DNA of 55,941 nucleotides, the filler included, from Circinaria calcarea (taxonomy: Eukaryota): NCBI GenBank assembly GCA_051942165.1. It is 5 parts of 5 records of this genome, joined end to end, with 100 filler letters (N's around TTAATTAATTAA, not from the genome) between each part and the next. Parts side by side here need not be neighbours in the genome. Positions count along the whole stretch, not along the records: positions 1 to 11,115 come from JAVECS010000709.1; positions 11,216 to 22,328 come from JAVECS010000710.1; 3 more parts are not named here. The stretch is one strand, 5' to 3'. The notes under the pieces were generated by a model, which saw nothing but the letters and a program-made list of their open reading frames with translations, did not search any database and was not told where the DNA came from. This document shows, in pieces, positions 1 through 11,702 of the stretch. The translations under genes and the position numbers were made by a program. Each line of letters opens with the position of its first letter. Position 1 is the stretch's first letter.

Positions 1-1542
1 TGTCGACAATTTCTCCCATCGTACCTAGCTCCACACAGGCAAAACACTGGGCAAAGAAGTACCGAACCGAGATCGCAGCTAGCTCAAGCAGCGTCCTGTC
101 GACCTTCGTGGCCGTAAGTATATATCTCCGAGCAGATAAGAGTATCAAGAAACTATGGCTGATAGACAGATAGTACCCTTTAGACTCCGTCAAGACTCGA
201 ATGCAAGCGTACGTCTATGGCACAATCCCCCTGGTCTCTCAGTGCGTCGAGCATCAGCTGATCTATTGAAGCTACCAATTCCACCATTTCACTGATTGTG
301 TGCAACACACGTTCAAAACAGAGGGATACAAGGGGTTCTGGCGTGGTATGTGGTCCTCGAAACCTTGAAAAAACTTGAGGGGATAACCATATTATTGGTC
401 CTGGATTTTATATTGCTATTACAATAACTAGTGGTGACTACCGCTCGCTCGCTTCAGATGGCATGGACCTAAGTAGTGGCGATTTGGACTACAGTGCAGG
501 GTCAGGGCGATCAGGGCTAATACTGCAACGCCTGCTCTAGGTGTTGCTGCTCCCCTCGCTAGTGTCACTCTTGTGAGAACGGTCTCTTTTTCCATCTACC
601 AGAAAGCAAAGTACAAATACTCCGCTGCCATTGGGGCTGCAACAGGTACAGAGGAGCCTCTCATGGTAGTCAACCGACCAGGAAGCGTTCCCACACTAGG
701 TACGGTGGCATGTTTTGGAGCTGCGGGGTCTACCGCCGGTGCCCTTATCACAGCTGTCGCTTGTAAGTTTTCCAAAGTCTGAGATGGTATATGCTAATAG
801 GATTGCAGGTCCTTTTGAGTTGACGAAGCTGTCGGCGCAAATCTCTGTCCTAATGGCGGCAAGTAAAACCTCGAGCGCTGATGACCCCGTAAAGCGAAGC
901 TATCAACAAAAAGGAGCCTTGAAGACTGCCCAAAACATCGTATTGCATCGTGGCGTTTCGGGTTTATACTCGGGGTTTCATCTACATTTATGTGAGTTGA
1001 TCTTTAGCTGCCGTGAGTTATTCGGGACGGATATGTTGACGTGTTACGAAGTGCGAGATACTATTGGAACCGGCATATACTTCATGACCTACGAGAGCGG
1101 TAAACAATTGTTGGTCAAGTTCCAAGGCAGTGATTCTCCAACTTCCCCCCTTTCCGTGGCTATGGCAGGTGGCCTTTGCGGTGTAGTCTCTTGGGCTTGC
1201 GTAAGTCATCCGATGTTATAGTACCTTTACAAATCTCATATTTAGCCCAGATATATCCCATCGACTCAGCAAAAACACACTATCAACGTAACTGTTTGAT
1301 GAAGGCGAAAGGACAACCTGTGAAGACGTCAAAAGTCCAATACTTTAAGATGGGCATGTATCGGGGTACGTCTCGCAACCTTATATCCGACTTCGATTCC
1401 AAAACTGAATCTTCCTACAGGTCTCGGTGTTTCAATGGCTCGATCTTGTCTCATTAATACAATTTTCTTTTCTGCATTTGAATACGTCAAGAAAGAGATC
1501 AACAGGCTCGAAGATCCAATCGACAGTAGGAAGAAAATATAA
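1..1542 (+). CDS. Mitochondrial carrier family (SLC25) protein, multi-exon; the A of the ATG probably lies 1 nt before the window
   Basis: Spliced reading gives (M)STISPIVP...YRTEIAASSSSVLSTFVA|YPLDSVKTRMQ...GFWRG|VAAPLASVTLVRTVSFSIY...PFELTK...YPIDSAKT. This has three Px[DE]xx[KR] carrier signatures. GT-AG introns include 114-173 and 346-540; stop TAA at 1540-1542. Confidence 0.9.
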
Positions 1543-2668
1543 CGAATACTCTGCTAATTCATCACCTTGTGACATTAATGGGTGACTACCTTTGTATATA
1601 TGATATTTGCTCCGCGTGCTGCTTGTATTTACGCCACGGATGGCTATATTATGGGCGGATAGGTATTGGGATTCTCCCCCGTTGAGGTGTGACATCGTAA
1701 ATTCGGGACTGCTGGCGCATATCACAACAGGGACAGGGCTCTATAAACTGTAATCTTGGGATCATGGGTTCAGAATTTAAGATGGTCCAGATTTAGAGTT
1801 TCTTTCCCACGTATGATCTATCCTCATTTAACTTATATTTCTCTCTAAGTTTAGGGCTGCTATCCTAATCTACAATCTACCATATATAGGTAGAATATTA
1901 TCCAAAGCCCGGCTCTATGTCCTTTATGACCGCCTCTCCGATTTAGTCTAGGTTTTTAATGTACAGGGGATATCTTTGTTGGTAGTCCCATTCGGCATGC
2001 CAGTTTCACCTTTGACCTTCACCCAAGCCAACTGGTAGCGCAGCCAGTAAAGTGTACCACGTCTCTCACACCGGCCAGAATACCATTACCGCACCCCCCG
2101 AGGAAAAATTCGGGGATAAAGCTATTAAGAATGTCTCCAACATCAGCCAGAACGTTATCATCGCGTGCTCGGACACCCTCGACCACGCCCCTATACAGTT
2201 GTCAGTGCGCAAGAGACTGCCATCGACTGGTTGGAATAGGTATATAACATGCACGTGTACGAAATTTGCATTGCATTGCATGAGATTTATGTATTCCATT
2301 GGGCCCCCATTGAGGGCATTATAGATAGAAAGACATGAGTTGTAGTGTATGAAAAAGTACATGCCATTCGGCAACATCAACAAGTAAAGCAATACACACG
2401 AATCTTTTGGCTTAACCATGACTTCAATAGCCCCCTTTTTCCACTTGGATATCTATTCGGGTAAAATATACATATCCGTACTATATACTCATATTCCCAA
2501 TAGTGATTAATGGTTTATGCCCTCGGATCCATATGGTAGCCGTAAGAGTACTTTAATGAGTATAAACTTTTTTGCACAATTGCTCGCGCAAATCTTTGCT
2601 CGTATAACCATCCTGTTCCCTAGAGGTGTCGATGCATGACGCTGCTGCTGCAGGTGGGACTGTCAGTT

Positions 2669-4063
2669 TCAAAAAGATGACAGTGAAAAGTTCGTGGTCT
2701 TTCTGATTCCTTGTTGACGGTCGGATGTGGGTCCGATACTCGCGTCACTTGCGGTATCCGAATCGTTCCGGGCTACGGTGGTGACGGTATTGGTCTGGCT
2801 TTCTAGATCGGATCGGAAATGGAGCTCCAAGGGGTGGGAGACTTTGGGAGGTTTGAGGGTTTGGAGGCGTTGCCGGTCCTCATTCTGCGCGGTGTAGTCC
2901 TTCCGGTCGGTGAAGGTGTGAGAGGACCAAGTGGTGTACTTGTCGGAGACTAATCTGAAAAGGGGGCGGAGAGTGGGGATGGTGGCAGCCATGATTGCGA
3001 CTGTCTGCTCTACGCTAAGCATGAAGAGTTAATCTCGGAGCCTGCCGACTGAAGCGGGAAATGAGAGGCATACACTGCCCAGATTGTGATATCTACAACG
3101 TTCCCTGGTAGCGCTTCAGTTTAAGCTCCTGGAAAAGACTTGACGGGTGGGTTTTACAAGTAATATCAGCTTCTTTCAAACTACTTTCCAAAACCGTTCT
3201 AGCGATAGTAGCAGCAGCGGTACTAAGGATTAGATATTAGATCGCCTGAAACATCCGCTTCAGAGTAGAAAACTCACAATACCCCTAGTCCCATAAGGCA
3301 GCAGATACCAACTTTGACTCTAATACTAATCTGAATATCCCACAAGAAAACAATGGGCAAGATGGCGAGGAGCAAGTCGGAAAATGTCGAAGCAGCTTGG
3401 ATGGAAAGGTCAGACTTGTTTCGAGTCGAGCGAGATCAGGGACGAACCGCCTTGATAGTAGCCATTCGCCACTTGGACACGTGGGGACCAACAGCTACCA
3501 GGAACTGAGGGATTCCAGATCTTTCCAGTCGGACGGCATTGAGCAAGATCAATTGCAGCAGAAGACGAGTTGGTTGCGACGACAAAGAGGATAATGCTAT
3601 AGATGAACCATGGCCGTCTTTTGTCCGTGGCAAATAGCTTTAACAAGAAGAAGCAGATTGAGACCTTGGTAAACATTTCAGAAATAATGATAGCAAATTG
3701 AGATACAATTAACCATTTCGTAGTGAGTATCTGTTGGTCAAGTGATAGATAATATGAATGCCTCCCAAGGCCGTAATGCACTTCAGCAACATCACATCCC
3801 AACACAATCAAGGCGCAAATCTGAAGTACCTGTTACCATCGACCTATCCACGGATGCCGAGCCAACATCTCCGGGGGAAAACTTACCATGCCTAGTATAA
3901 TAAAGAAATCATCTAAGCCAATGTCTTTCACGATTCGAGTCCGTACCCATATCCGCAAGCAGACCAAAGCGAGCGCAACGCTTATCGTGACTACTTGGGT
4001 AGCTATGACCGCAGAGCCTCGGTTTCTGTCACCGTCAGGAGGAGGAGGGCCAAGTTCTGCCAT
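2669..4063 (-). CDS. PTH11-like (fungal rhodopsin-domain) integral membrane protein without CFEM, multi-exon
   Basis: Exon ORFs show LRIWVRTRIVKDIGLDD, HYGLGRH, TKVSICFFLLKLF, QCRP..KIWNP..PGSC and EQTVAIMAATIPTLRPLF, all typical of this family. ATG at 4063 (MAELGPPPPDGD). Confidence 0.85.
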
Positions 4064-4836
4064 GATTTTCACTTTGAGATCTTGTCAACAAGGTCTTAAA
4101 GCAACAAGATATTCTCAAAAAGGCCAGAAATGCGCGTGGGACAGTAGATTAGATGCTCTGGATATGTCAAGCTTTTCAAAGCCCAATCCCCATTTTCTGC
4201 GCAGAAGCCTTCATGGTTCGGAGTTATGATTCCAAAGAGGCACAGCAAAGCTCCAGAAGCTCCTTCTGCATACGTGAAGTGCCCGCATCGAGAGAAGTAG
4301 AGAGAGCGATGATCCCTTGATCTGCATATACCCGTATACCACGGAATCTGCCAAAATATATTGGTGCTTTCATATCGAGTCATGTATCAGGGATAAGGCG
4401 CCATTAGATCGACGCGACTCATAACTCCTAAGGGAAGATGCATCCGAGCGCTCCGCCAATGTAACATAACAGTATGAGTCGGAGGGTTGATCTTAACGCT
4501 TGGTGTTTGCTATTCGAGTCAAGACTTGTTTGCGACAGAACATCAAGCATGGAAACGGCGTAGGGTTAAAAGATGTGTTACTTCGGAAGTGCTCGTTATC
4601 GGATATGAACTAGAGTAGGCTGCCACGCCGTCTGCATCGACTAGGAACCGGGGTAATATGGCGATAAGACTACCTAGTACCTGCGTAGTCTAAAATTAGC
4701 TTTATTTGGTCCTCCAATTAGGAACGGCAACCAAGTCAATCAGGCTCGACGGTCAATTTCTCCAAACTCTTCGAATACGTTATAAAAATTAGAATAGAAG
4801 GTCTATTGCGCTCCGCATTATCTAACTGGAGATCTG

Positions 4837-6039
4837 CTACATATTGCTATCGTCTTTAAAGTTCGAAGCACTTAGTCTCGAGACATATTCACAGGCGAAT
4901 CCAGTAGCAATGCTACCCCCTGTAAACCAGCACCCGTACTTAAACCACCACCAACAGTTTTCCGGGCTGTTCAAATCCAGCCTCGTGATCATAACACCGA
5001 GTGCACCTGCGAGAGAGACTGGGCCTATATAGTATACCGGTCCAGCCTCGACGAGGACACCAATAGTTGTGAAGAGAACTACTTGCACGAAAGCAAGACC
5101 TGTGAGAGAAGCCTTAGTATTTCGGACGTGTCGTACAGCAATAGATTTTATTCCCAACTTCTCATCGTCCTTAAAATCTTGACGCGCGTAAACCCAGTCC
5201 GCTAAGATGATCCAACTGATACTAGCTCCGTATAGGCAACCTGCCGCAGCAAGGATCGTTGAAGACGAAGATACAATATCAATCCCTAGCGCGGGAAAAC
5301 CAATAATGCTTCCCCATGACATTACGAAGCCAAGCACAACTTGAGGGTAATGTGTGACACGCTTTGCAAGCGGGTATAGGCCGGCCAGAACGATTGATGG
5401 AATCCCATAATAAAGGCATAGTTTTGGCAGTAGAGACAGTATACCAAAGCCTATCGCCATGTGAAAGCCGATAAATGTGCAAGCAGCGAGAGGAGAAACG
5501 GCTCCGCGAGCAATAGGGCGAAACCGGGTTCGGACGACTTGACGGTCTATATCTCGATCGAGTATATCATTCCACACGCAGCCCGCACCCCTTATCATTA
5601 CAGAGCCGATCAATAGTAGGAAATTGGTGGCCAGCAACTGGATAGGCGGTATGACAGGACTGGCTAATGAAGCAGCTAAAGTGGTGCTGAAGACGCACGG
5701 TAGATAAAGGTAAAAGGAACCCGCAGGCTTATCGAAACGAATCAGTTCTCCGTAAGGAATCCAATGAGCAGGGAGATATGACAGAGTGCCAGATTTCGGA
5801 GGAGTATATGCAGATCGTTGATCCAGGGCCTTATTGGGCAGCGTTGCATGAAACTGTTTGGTTTTGGAGAAGGAGCCAACGGCTTTTGGTCGATAGTTGT
5901 GGTTATTAACAAAGCACTGAGTATTGTTCAACCGAAACCAGAAAGAACCACAGAGCTGTCTCTGGTTCAAGGCCAAATGCCCGGACACAGCTTTTGCACG
6001 ATATAACGCAAGCGAAGACAGTAATGCAAATGTAGTCAT
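4837..6039 (-). CDS. COQ2: UbiA-family 4-hydroxybenzoate polyprenyltransferase (COQ2-like), intronless
   Basis: Motifs ELIRFDKPAG, RGAGCVWNDILDRDIDRQVVRTRFRPIARG, YPLAKRVTHYPQVVLG and QDFKDDEKLGIKS. The N-terminus is basic and resembles a mitochondrial presequence. May be a paralogue rather than the orthologue. Confidence 0.85.
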   Translation of the reverse strand: MTTFALLSSLALYRAKAVSGHLALNQRQLCGSFWFRLNNTQCFVNNHNYRPKAVGSFSKTKQFHATLPNKALDQRSAYTPPKSGTLSYLPAHWIPYGELIRFDKPAGSFYLYLPCVFSTTLAASLASPVIPPIQLLATNFLLLIGSVMIRGAGCVWNDILDRDIDRQVVRTRFRPIARGAVSPLAACTFIGFHMAIGFGILSLLPKLCLYYGIPSIVLAGLYPLAKRVTHYPQVVLGFVMSWGSIIGFPALGIDIVSSSSTILAAAGCLYGASISWIILADWVYARQDFKDDEKLGIKSIAVRHVRNTKASLTGLAFVQVVLFTTIGVLVEAGPVYYIGPVSLAGALGVMITRLDLNSPENCWWWFKYGCWFTGGSIATGFACEYVSRLSASNFKDDSNM

Positions 6040-6480
6040 CTTATGCTTAAGCTAAAGGTATTTCAAAGCTGTAGATTGGAAACGTTGAAAAAATAAAGTG
6101 AATTCTGAATAATCAATCAAACGGAAGACGTATTGGTGATGATAGAAGCTTCGTTATATACTAGACAAGGAAAGGAAATGCGTTAATAGCAAGCAGAAAA
6201 CGAGGAGTATTCTCAGCAAATAAAAGCTGACATTACGGAAGGTGGTGTGAGAGGAGAATTTGCTATTTCATCCGATAGGATAGTTATGCAGCTAGCTAAG
6301 AGTGGGTGTACAGTAGAAACGGCGAAGGCCACAGAGTAAGTTCAATAGTCTGGATCGCCGTAGCGCTGAAATGCAGCAGCTGCAGTAGCTTTGGTGGTCC
6401 AGCAGGATAATCTCACGTAAATACCCATGAAATGTCCTAGTGGAAATCCTAGATGCATTATGACCTATGACAGAATTCCT

Positions 6481-6700
6481 TGTAAGGGCCTCTACCAGAG
6501 GACCCCTACAAGCCCTACGGGTGAACCATATACCGAGGTCACGAGGTATTGGCTTAGCGAGGAAGGTTTTCCCGCGAAGCGTTACACCAGAATTCTTTAG
6601 CAATAATTCATACGTTATACGAACCAATTGAGCACATTATCACACAATTTACCGACCCTTAATCGTAAGACCGTTATACTATTCGTAAAGGATCCTTACG
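6481..6700. mobile_element. Solo LTR (220 bp), same family as 45208-45427
   Basis: Begins TGTAAGG and ends CCTTACG (CA end mutated). Collinear with the copy at 45208-45427 (shared GCGAAGCGTTACACCAGAA, TTAGCAATAATTCATACG, TTTACCGACCCTTA, GGATCCTTAC). No clear TSD at this copy. Confidence 0.75.
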
Positions 6701-6740
6701 TTAAAAAAAGCTTATTTATGGCTGATTCTAATCCAACTCC

Positions 6741-7747
6741 TTAAGCTTTCCTCCCCACGACAATCTGAAGTCTTTTAGTTATGGTTGACCCTTGTTCCAC
6801 CTCTGCATAAGCACTCCGAACAAGGTTACGATACGCGTCACCACTACCGGGAGGACCTTTCTGATCTAGAAATTTGCCGGCAAATTCTTCTGCCAATATG
6901 ATTTCCTGCTCTTTGAACATTTTCTGGAAACACCATTCTTCAGGCCGTGCGTCTACGACGACATCTTCGAGACCGTGTTTTCTGAAGGTATCAGGAAGAT
7001 CTGGAACCCATCTACAGTATAGCTTAGCAGTTATACGACAGATCGTAGAATTAGGAAAATATTTCATCTCCGAGCGGTTCCACCTACTGAAATGGTTTCA
7101 CAGATATAGTATAATCGACAAACTTCCTAAGGTTCTCGGTAGAGGCGGTATCAGTGGCAGGAATAACTTCTTGGGAGTACAAATCTGCCTCATCCCACTG
7201 GAGGTATCCGCCAGGCTCTAATTTTTGCACAGTCAGGTCTTGCCCAGAGTAGGTTACTTCTGCGGAAAGACACTCACTCAACAGCTTTAAACAATGACGA
7301 AGAATAGGCATTGGATCGTTGTTATTAACAACAATTAGAAGAAGTCGAAGATGGACGATATCGTATTTCCCCAACAAATGTTCTGGAGGCTCACTCATAG
7401 CATCCATGACTTGCATGGAGATATTCTTGGGTAGAAAAGTTTCCGGCGTGAACTGACTTCCTGAAATGTCGAAGCCGTCGAGGTGAGCCGTAGGTGGTAG
7501 TCGCTTTGCGAGATCCAATAAGAATATCCCTGTCCCAGTTCCAACATCCGCTATCCTCACGCTATCTTGTGTGACCGGTATGCCGGGATGTAGGTTGTAG
7601 TCAAATGTCTCCCTCCAGAGGAAATGCTGTAAGTTCAACCTAGCAACAGAAGCCGAGTTAGTCTTGGAAAGAGTAAGGCTTTACTATCCGACCTTACCTA
7701 GTTGCTGGTATATAGCCTCTGTCAAGAGCATACTGATCTTCGCCCAT
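6741..7747 (-). CDS. Class I SAM-dependent methyltransferase (LaeA-like / secondary-metabolism type), multi-exon
   Basis: Spliced: MGEDQYALDRGYIPATR|LNLQHFLW..., motif I RIADVGTGTGIFLLDL, DGFDIS, YDIVHLR, (K)PGGYLQWDE, C-terminus IVVGRKA. Confidence 0.85.
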
Positions 7748-8910
7748 GGTTGGTCTTGCCTCAGCATTCAATGGATATCTTCCCGTAACCTTGGGCTGTG
7801 TCCCGCTAGACAACTGGAATCAATAGAACTATATAGGCAAGTGTGTGTACCTCATTGAAAGGCTGGTACAGTGGTATAGGTAAGTGATTTTATTTAAGGA
7901 GAAAATCCTTCCATCGGCCAGATTACCTTCCGGGATGCAACCTTCCCACAAGAGGCCAAAGCAATGCGCATAACAGATCTTCAGGTCTAAGATCGAAATA
8001 TGAAACTTGAAGGAGAAGCTCGCTCTATGGAACGGGGCACTATCTCTTGGAGGAGAATCGACTAGCAGAAATTACAAATCCAAGGGCGTCGGTGATGGAG
8101 AATATGGAAATGGATCGCTGGCTGTGGGAGAGTCACGGGCCTATTCAAGTGCAGTCTGCTACATCTATTTCTCAACAGCCTAAGAAAGATTGGTCCGATC
8201 TCTAGCACCTCCCTCCTTTGGATTGAGGCACGCACGAAAATGCACGAGAAGAGTAAAGGCTGTGTGTGTTCAGGCACCGAGGTGGTGTCGCATGCTGCCG
8301 CGGGCTTGCAGTTAAGCACTTTCTGATCCCTGCCTAGCGCCGGAAAGGAAGCTTGTTTCTGTTATTCGCTCACTCACATGGATCTTCCTCTTCCTCTTCC
8401 TCTTCCAATCAACCACACCACAACGGAAAGACGGCTCCTGCTGCAACCTGCAGTGATGGCCAAAGATTGATATTGGTGGGCAGTTCAAGATCACTAACAG
8501 ATGATAGCCGTCAGGGACAAGTCGACGAGGCTGTGCGCAAATCATGCCTGGAAAAGGTGATCTCCGATTGCGTGTGATGGATGTGGAGCTTTCATGCATA
8601 CGGAGTACCTTTCTTCTAGTTCACTCTTGATTGCCAATGGAGAGTTTGTGCATCATTGTATGCAATCGCCTCAAATTCGGAAGCTAACCGTCTTTATCTG
8701 CCTCAGTTTGAACTATTGAGGGGAAGCGTTAGGCAACTAGACGGTAAAATGTCACCAACTTATCAGAATTCGGCACGTTTGAAATGCACTGATGATCAGG
8801 AGGTAGGGTGCATGGCTTCAATAGCTGGATGCCCTCGTCACATTTCCCGTATGTATTAAGCTTTAGAGCGGACATAGGCTGCGGGGACTTGGGATATCAG
8901 GGCTCTCTTG

Positions 8911-9345
8911 CTAACCGACATTCCCATCCCCATCATGAACGCTGATGTTTCCTTGGAATACCCTTCCGCATCCAGTAACGTTGTACTTGCCGCAGTAAGT
9001 ACTACCTTGCTGTGGATGGCTCGCTTGTGTGCCCGAGTCTTCAGGTAACAGAGGTCTGAATGGGCTTTGCGAAGCTATTGCTCGAATCTGATAGGCTTTT
9101 GCCCCTTCCACTAGTCTCGCACCCATCTTCACAGTGTGGTCGATACGGCTGTGAATCCAGCCTCTTCAGGGTCATCAAACTTCGTCGTGCTCATGTGTTT
9201 CGCAGGGATTGAAGTGGCTGGAGTGATTGCCGGGTACTGTAGTGCGACCTTGGTAAATACATTAGTATCACGGTGAGCTTTGTACAAGCCTGAAAATGGA
9301 CTAACAAGACCTACACCGGCAATAGGAAGCCTTTTAAAAAATTAA
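8911..9345 (-). pseudogene. 3' remnant of a SesB-like alpha/beta hydrolase with a Gly/Asn/Gln-rich C-terminal tail
   Basis: Reads LPIAGVGL|intron 9305-9249|VALQYPAITPATSIPAKHMSTTKFDDPEEAGFTAVSTTL*RWVRD. This matches the ELP..GVG.VV...I.ANHM.MTKF....DPGF..V...LRRW end of fungal SesB/PGAP1-like lipases. In-frame TGA at 9131-9129, then a frameshift into ...GSTYCGKYNVTGCGRVFQGNISV. Confidence 0.6.
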
Positions 9346-9658
9346 CATAATCTAGCGCCGTTTCTCCCTCTTCTATCCCTACTCTCTTGCTCTTTTCCTC
9401 AACCTCACTCTCGCCCTTTCTCCGTTTCTTGCGTTCGGTCCTCTCAGTCAGCTCGCCGCTGCTTTGCCTATACCTTATCGCCATTTCCTCCATGAATCAC
9501 CGCCGCGATTGGGGTGCTTAGAGTCCGCTGTGTAAGTCTGTTGCTGTGGGCTTGCGGAGTTTTTCTCGTGATGGGGTTGAAAGATAGCCGAGACATTCGG
9601 CAGCTTAGGCAGGTGATTATCTATATGCAGGTCGAGAATCCATCTTTGATCAAGTTCG

Positions 9659-11044
9659 TCACGTCATCCGTATCATCTGAGTGATATCCAGCTCCTTCAA
9701 GTCGTGCTTGCTTCGAGTTCGTGACGCCACCACATTCTGACTGGGCTTTTCTGTTCGGGAACCGTGTTGATGATTTATCTTCACTGGTACACGTTGAAGC
9801 GTTCGGTACTTGGTATAACGCATATTTCTGGTATAATGTCCGGCTGAAGGGTACGAATTTGTAGCGGGTGGTGACGAAACGGATGCGCTTGGAGGCATAA
9901 CTAGCTTTTGACGGGGAGGCTGCAATGTATATTCTCGTGAGGGCTAACTAAACTTCAAAGCAATGCGATTACTTGCAGCTTCCCTCGTTCTCCGCCGGTT
10001 TGGTCGCGACGCCATGCTTGCCTTTTCGTTTTCTGCGACAGGTTGGATGTAACCAAGGCCACGCTTCTTGGAACCGATGGTGTTGTCCACTACCTCCTCC
10101 TCCTCTACCAACATTCTTTTGCCGTGAGAAACTAGTTGTTGGGAAGGTTGGGCTGTCAGCTCTCTCTTGCCGTGAAGGATGTATTTGTGCTCTGGGTTCG
10201 GTCCATGGGAGACAGCCCCCGCAGGAGCAGGTTGCTTATTTTTCGTGCTCGTGGGACTCAAATACCTCCTGGAAAGCTTCCGAAGATGACTGTCGTTATT
10301 TGAGTTACTGTATGTGACGGGTTTAGTAAGTGATGGCAAAGGCGTAGATTTATGGATTTGTAATTCAAATGCCTTCCTGTAAATTGCAGACTGTCTGACC
10401 GTCAAGTCGCCCGCTGGAGGCACTGGCATCTCTCCTTCGTCTCGATATGTAAGGCCTGTGGTAGAGTATTCAAAGGCTTTCTCCGGCGAAGTGTCATGTC
10501 GGGTTGCTAGCATGCTTGGTGGACTAAAGCAAATGCCTGTTGAGGGTGTGGACACAGATGCCCTTTCTCTCTGCTCAAGACAGCCCGGACTCTCAAGGTA
10601 CCTCCTCTCAGCATCCCAATATTCGGGAATTTGTATTTTTTTTAAGATCTCGTTAGGATCAATCATTTCCATCCTCGACAGTGCCTTTGCAGCAGACCTC
10701 CATATTATCCTAAGTCTCTCCCCGTCATGAAAGTCGTTAGAATCAATCTCCCTGGCTAGTCTCAACGGCCTAGCCCGAGCAACAAGTAGTATAGCCTTGA
10801 TTCTGTGGTAGTTCAGGCTCTCAACCTCAAAAGTACATCTGTACCCTAGCCCACATTGATGAGGTTCTCGAACAGTCTGGATTCTGTTTACCGGACATGG
10901 CTTTTCGACTTTTCGAGAGATATCGGCATCTGAAGGCGGAGTGGGGGACGGGGTCCGCCAATACTGAATAACTGGTGGTGTTGGTGGTAGGACGAATCCA
11001 GGAGGGTATACAGTGCTCGAACAAGAGCTAGTCGGCAAAGCCAT
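9659..11044 (-). CDS. Hypothetical Pro/Ser/Arg-rich protein, probably two exons
   Basis: 367-aa ORF (9944-11047) plus a downstream 88-aa ORF of similar composition. No recognisable domain; exon junction not resolved. Confidence 0.45.
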
Positions 11045-11115
11045 CAATTCAAAGAGATGACGGACAAGGGAACTGAGTATAAGGTGTAATCAAAGTCGAA
11101 AGCTGTTGGTTCCCA

Positions 11116-11215
11116 NNNNNNNNNNNNNNNNNNNNNNNNNNNNNNNNNNNNNNNNNNNNTTAATTAATTAANNNNNNNNNNNNNNNNNNNNNNNNNNNNN
11201 NNNNNNNNNNNNNNN
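11116..11215. other. Artificial scaffold spacer N44-TTAATTAATTAA-N44
   Basis: Identical 100-nt spacer with stops in all six frames occurs four times in the window. Confidence 0.98.
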
Positions 11216-11702
11216 AATGGAGGAAAAGTAACATTGACGAGGGGGGGGGAGGGAGGCAAGTTATGATGGGTTTGGTATTGAACGATGAGTAATGTGCTAG
11301 AGGCAAATAAACAGGCTACGTGTGCTCTGAATATGGGTGACGCCTCACGTCCAAAAAGCATGAGTGGAATGATCTGTTTTTTTGGTTGGGGGGGGAAACC
11401 TCCACTCTAAAATTACACATCTTTGCACCCGCACCTTCCCCGTAGCCGAGTAAAGCGCATAACAACAATTGTGGGAGGCTCTGTTTTGCTGCAGTGAGCG
11501 GAGGAAGTCGTTTGCAAGCCCAAAGGGGGGTCTGCTGAGAGGCAAAAGGTTTAGTCTAGGGAATCTACCATGGTTTTTATTCTCGGAAAAACGTACCTAT
11601 TCCCCTACATCACCCCCCTCACCCCCGCGATTCAAGTATCCACAAGCACAATTATTCCTCCAAAAGCCCTCCATCCGGTACAGGAAAGAATTTACCCCCC
11701 CC

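Noticed and set aside
1960..2440. Possible MITE (CAGGGGATAT... / ...ATAGCCCCCT)
   Set aside because: The terminal match is too short and imperfect, and there is no TSD.
7950..8600. Possible NLR remnant downstream of the SesB-like relic
   Set aside because: An intron-like GTGAGT signal is present, but no P-loop/NACHT/NB-ARC or repeat motifs were recognisable.
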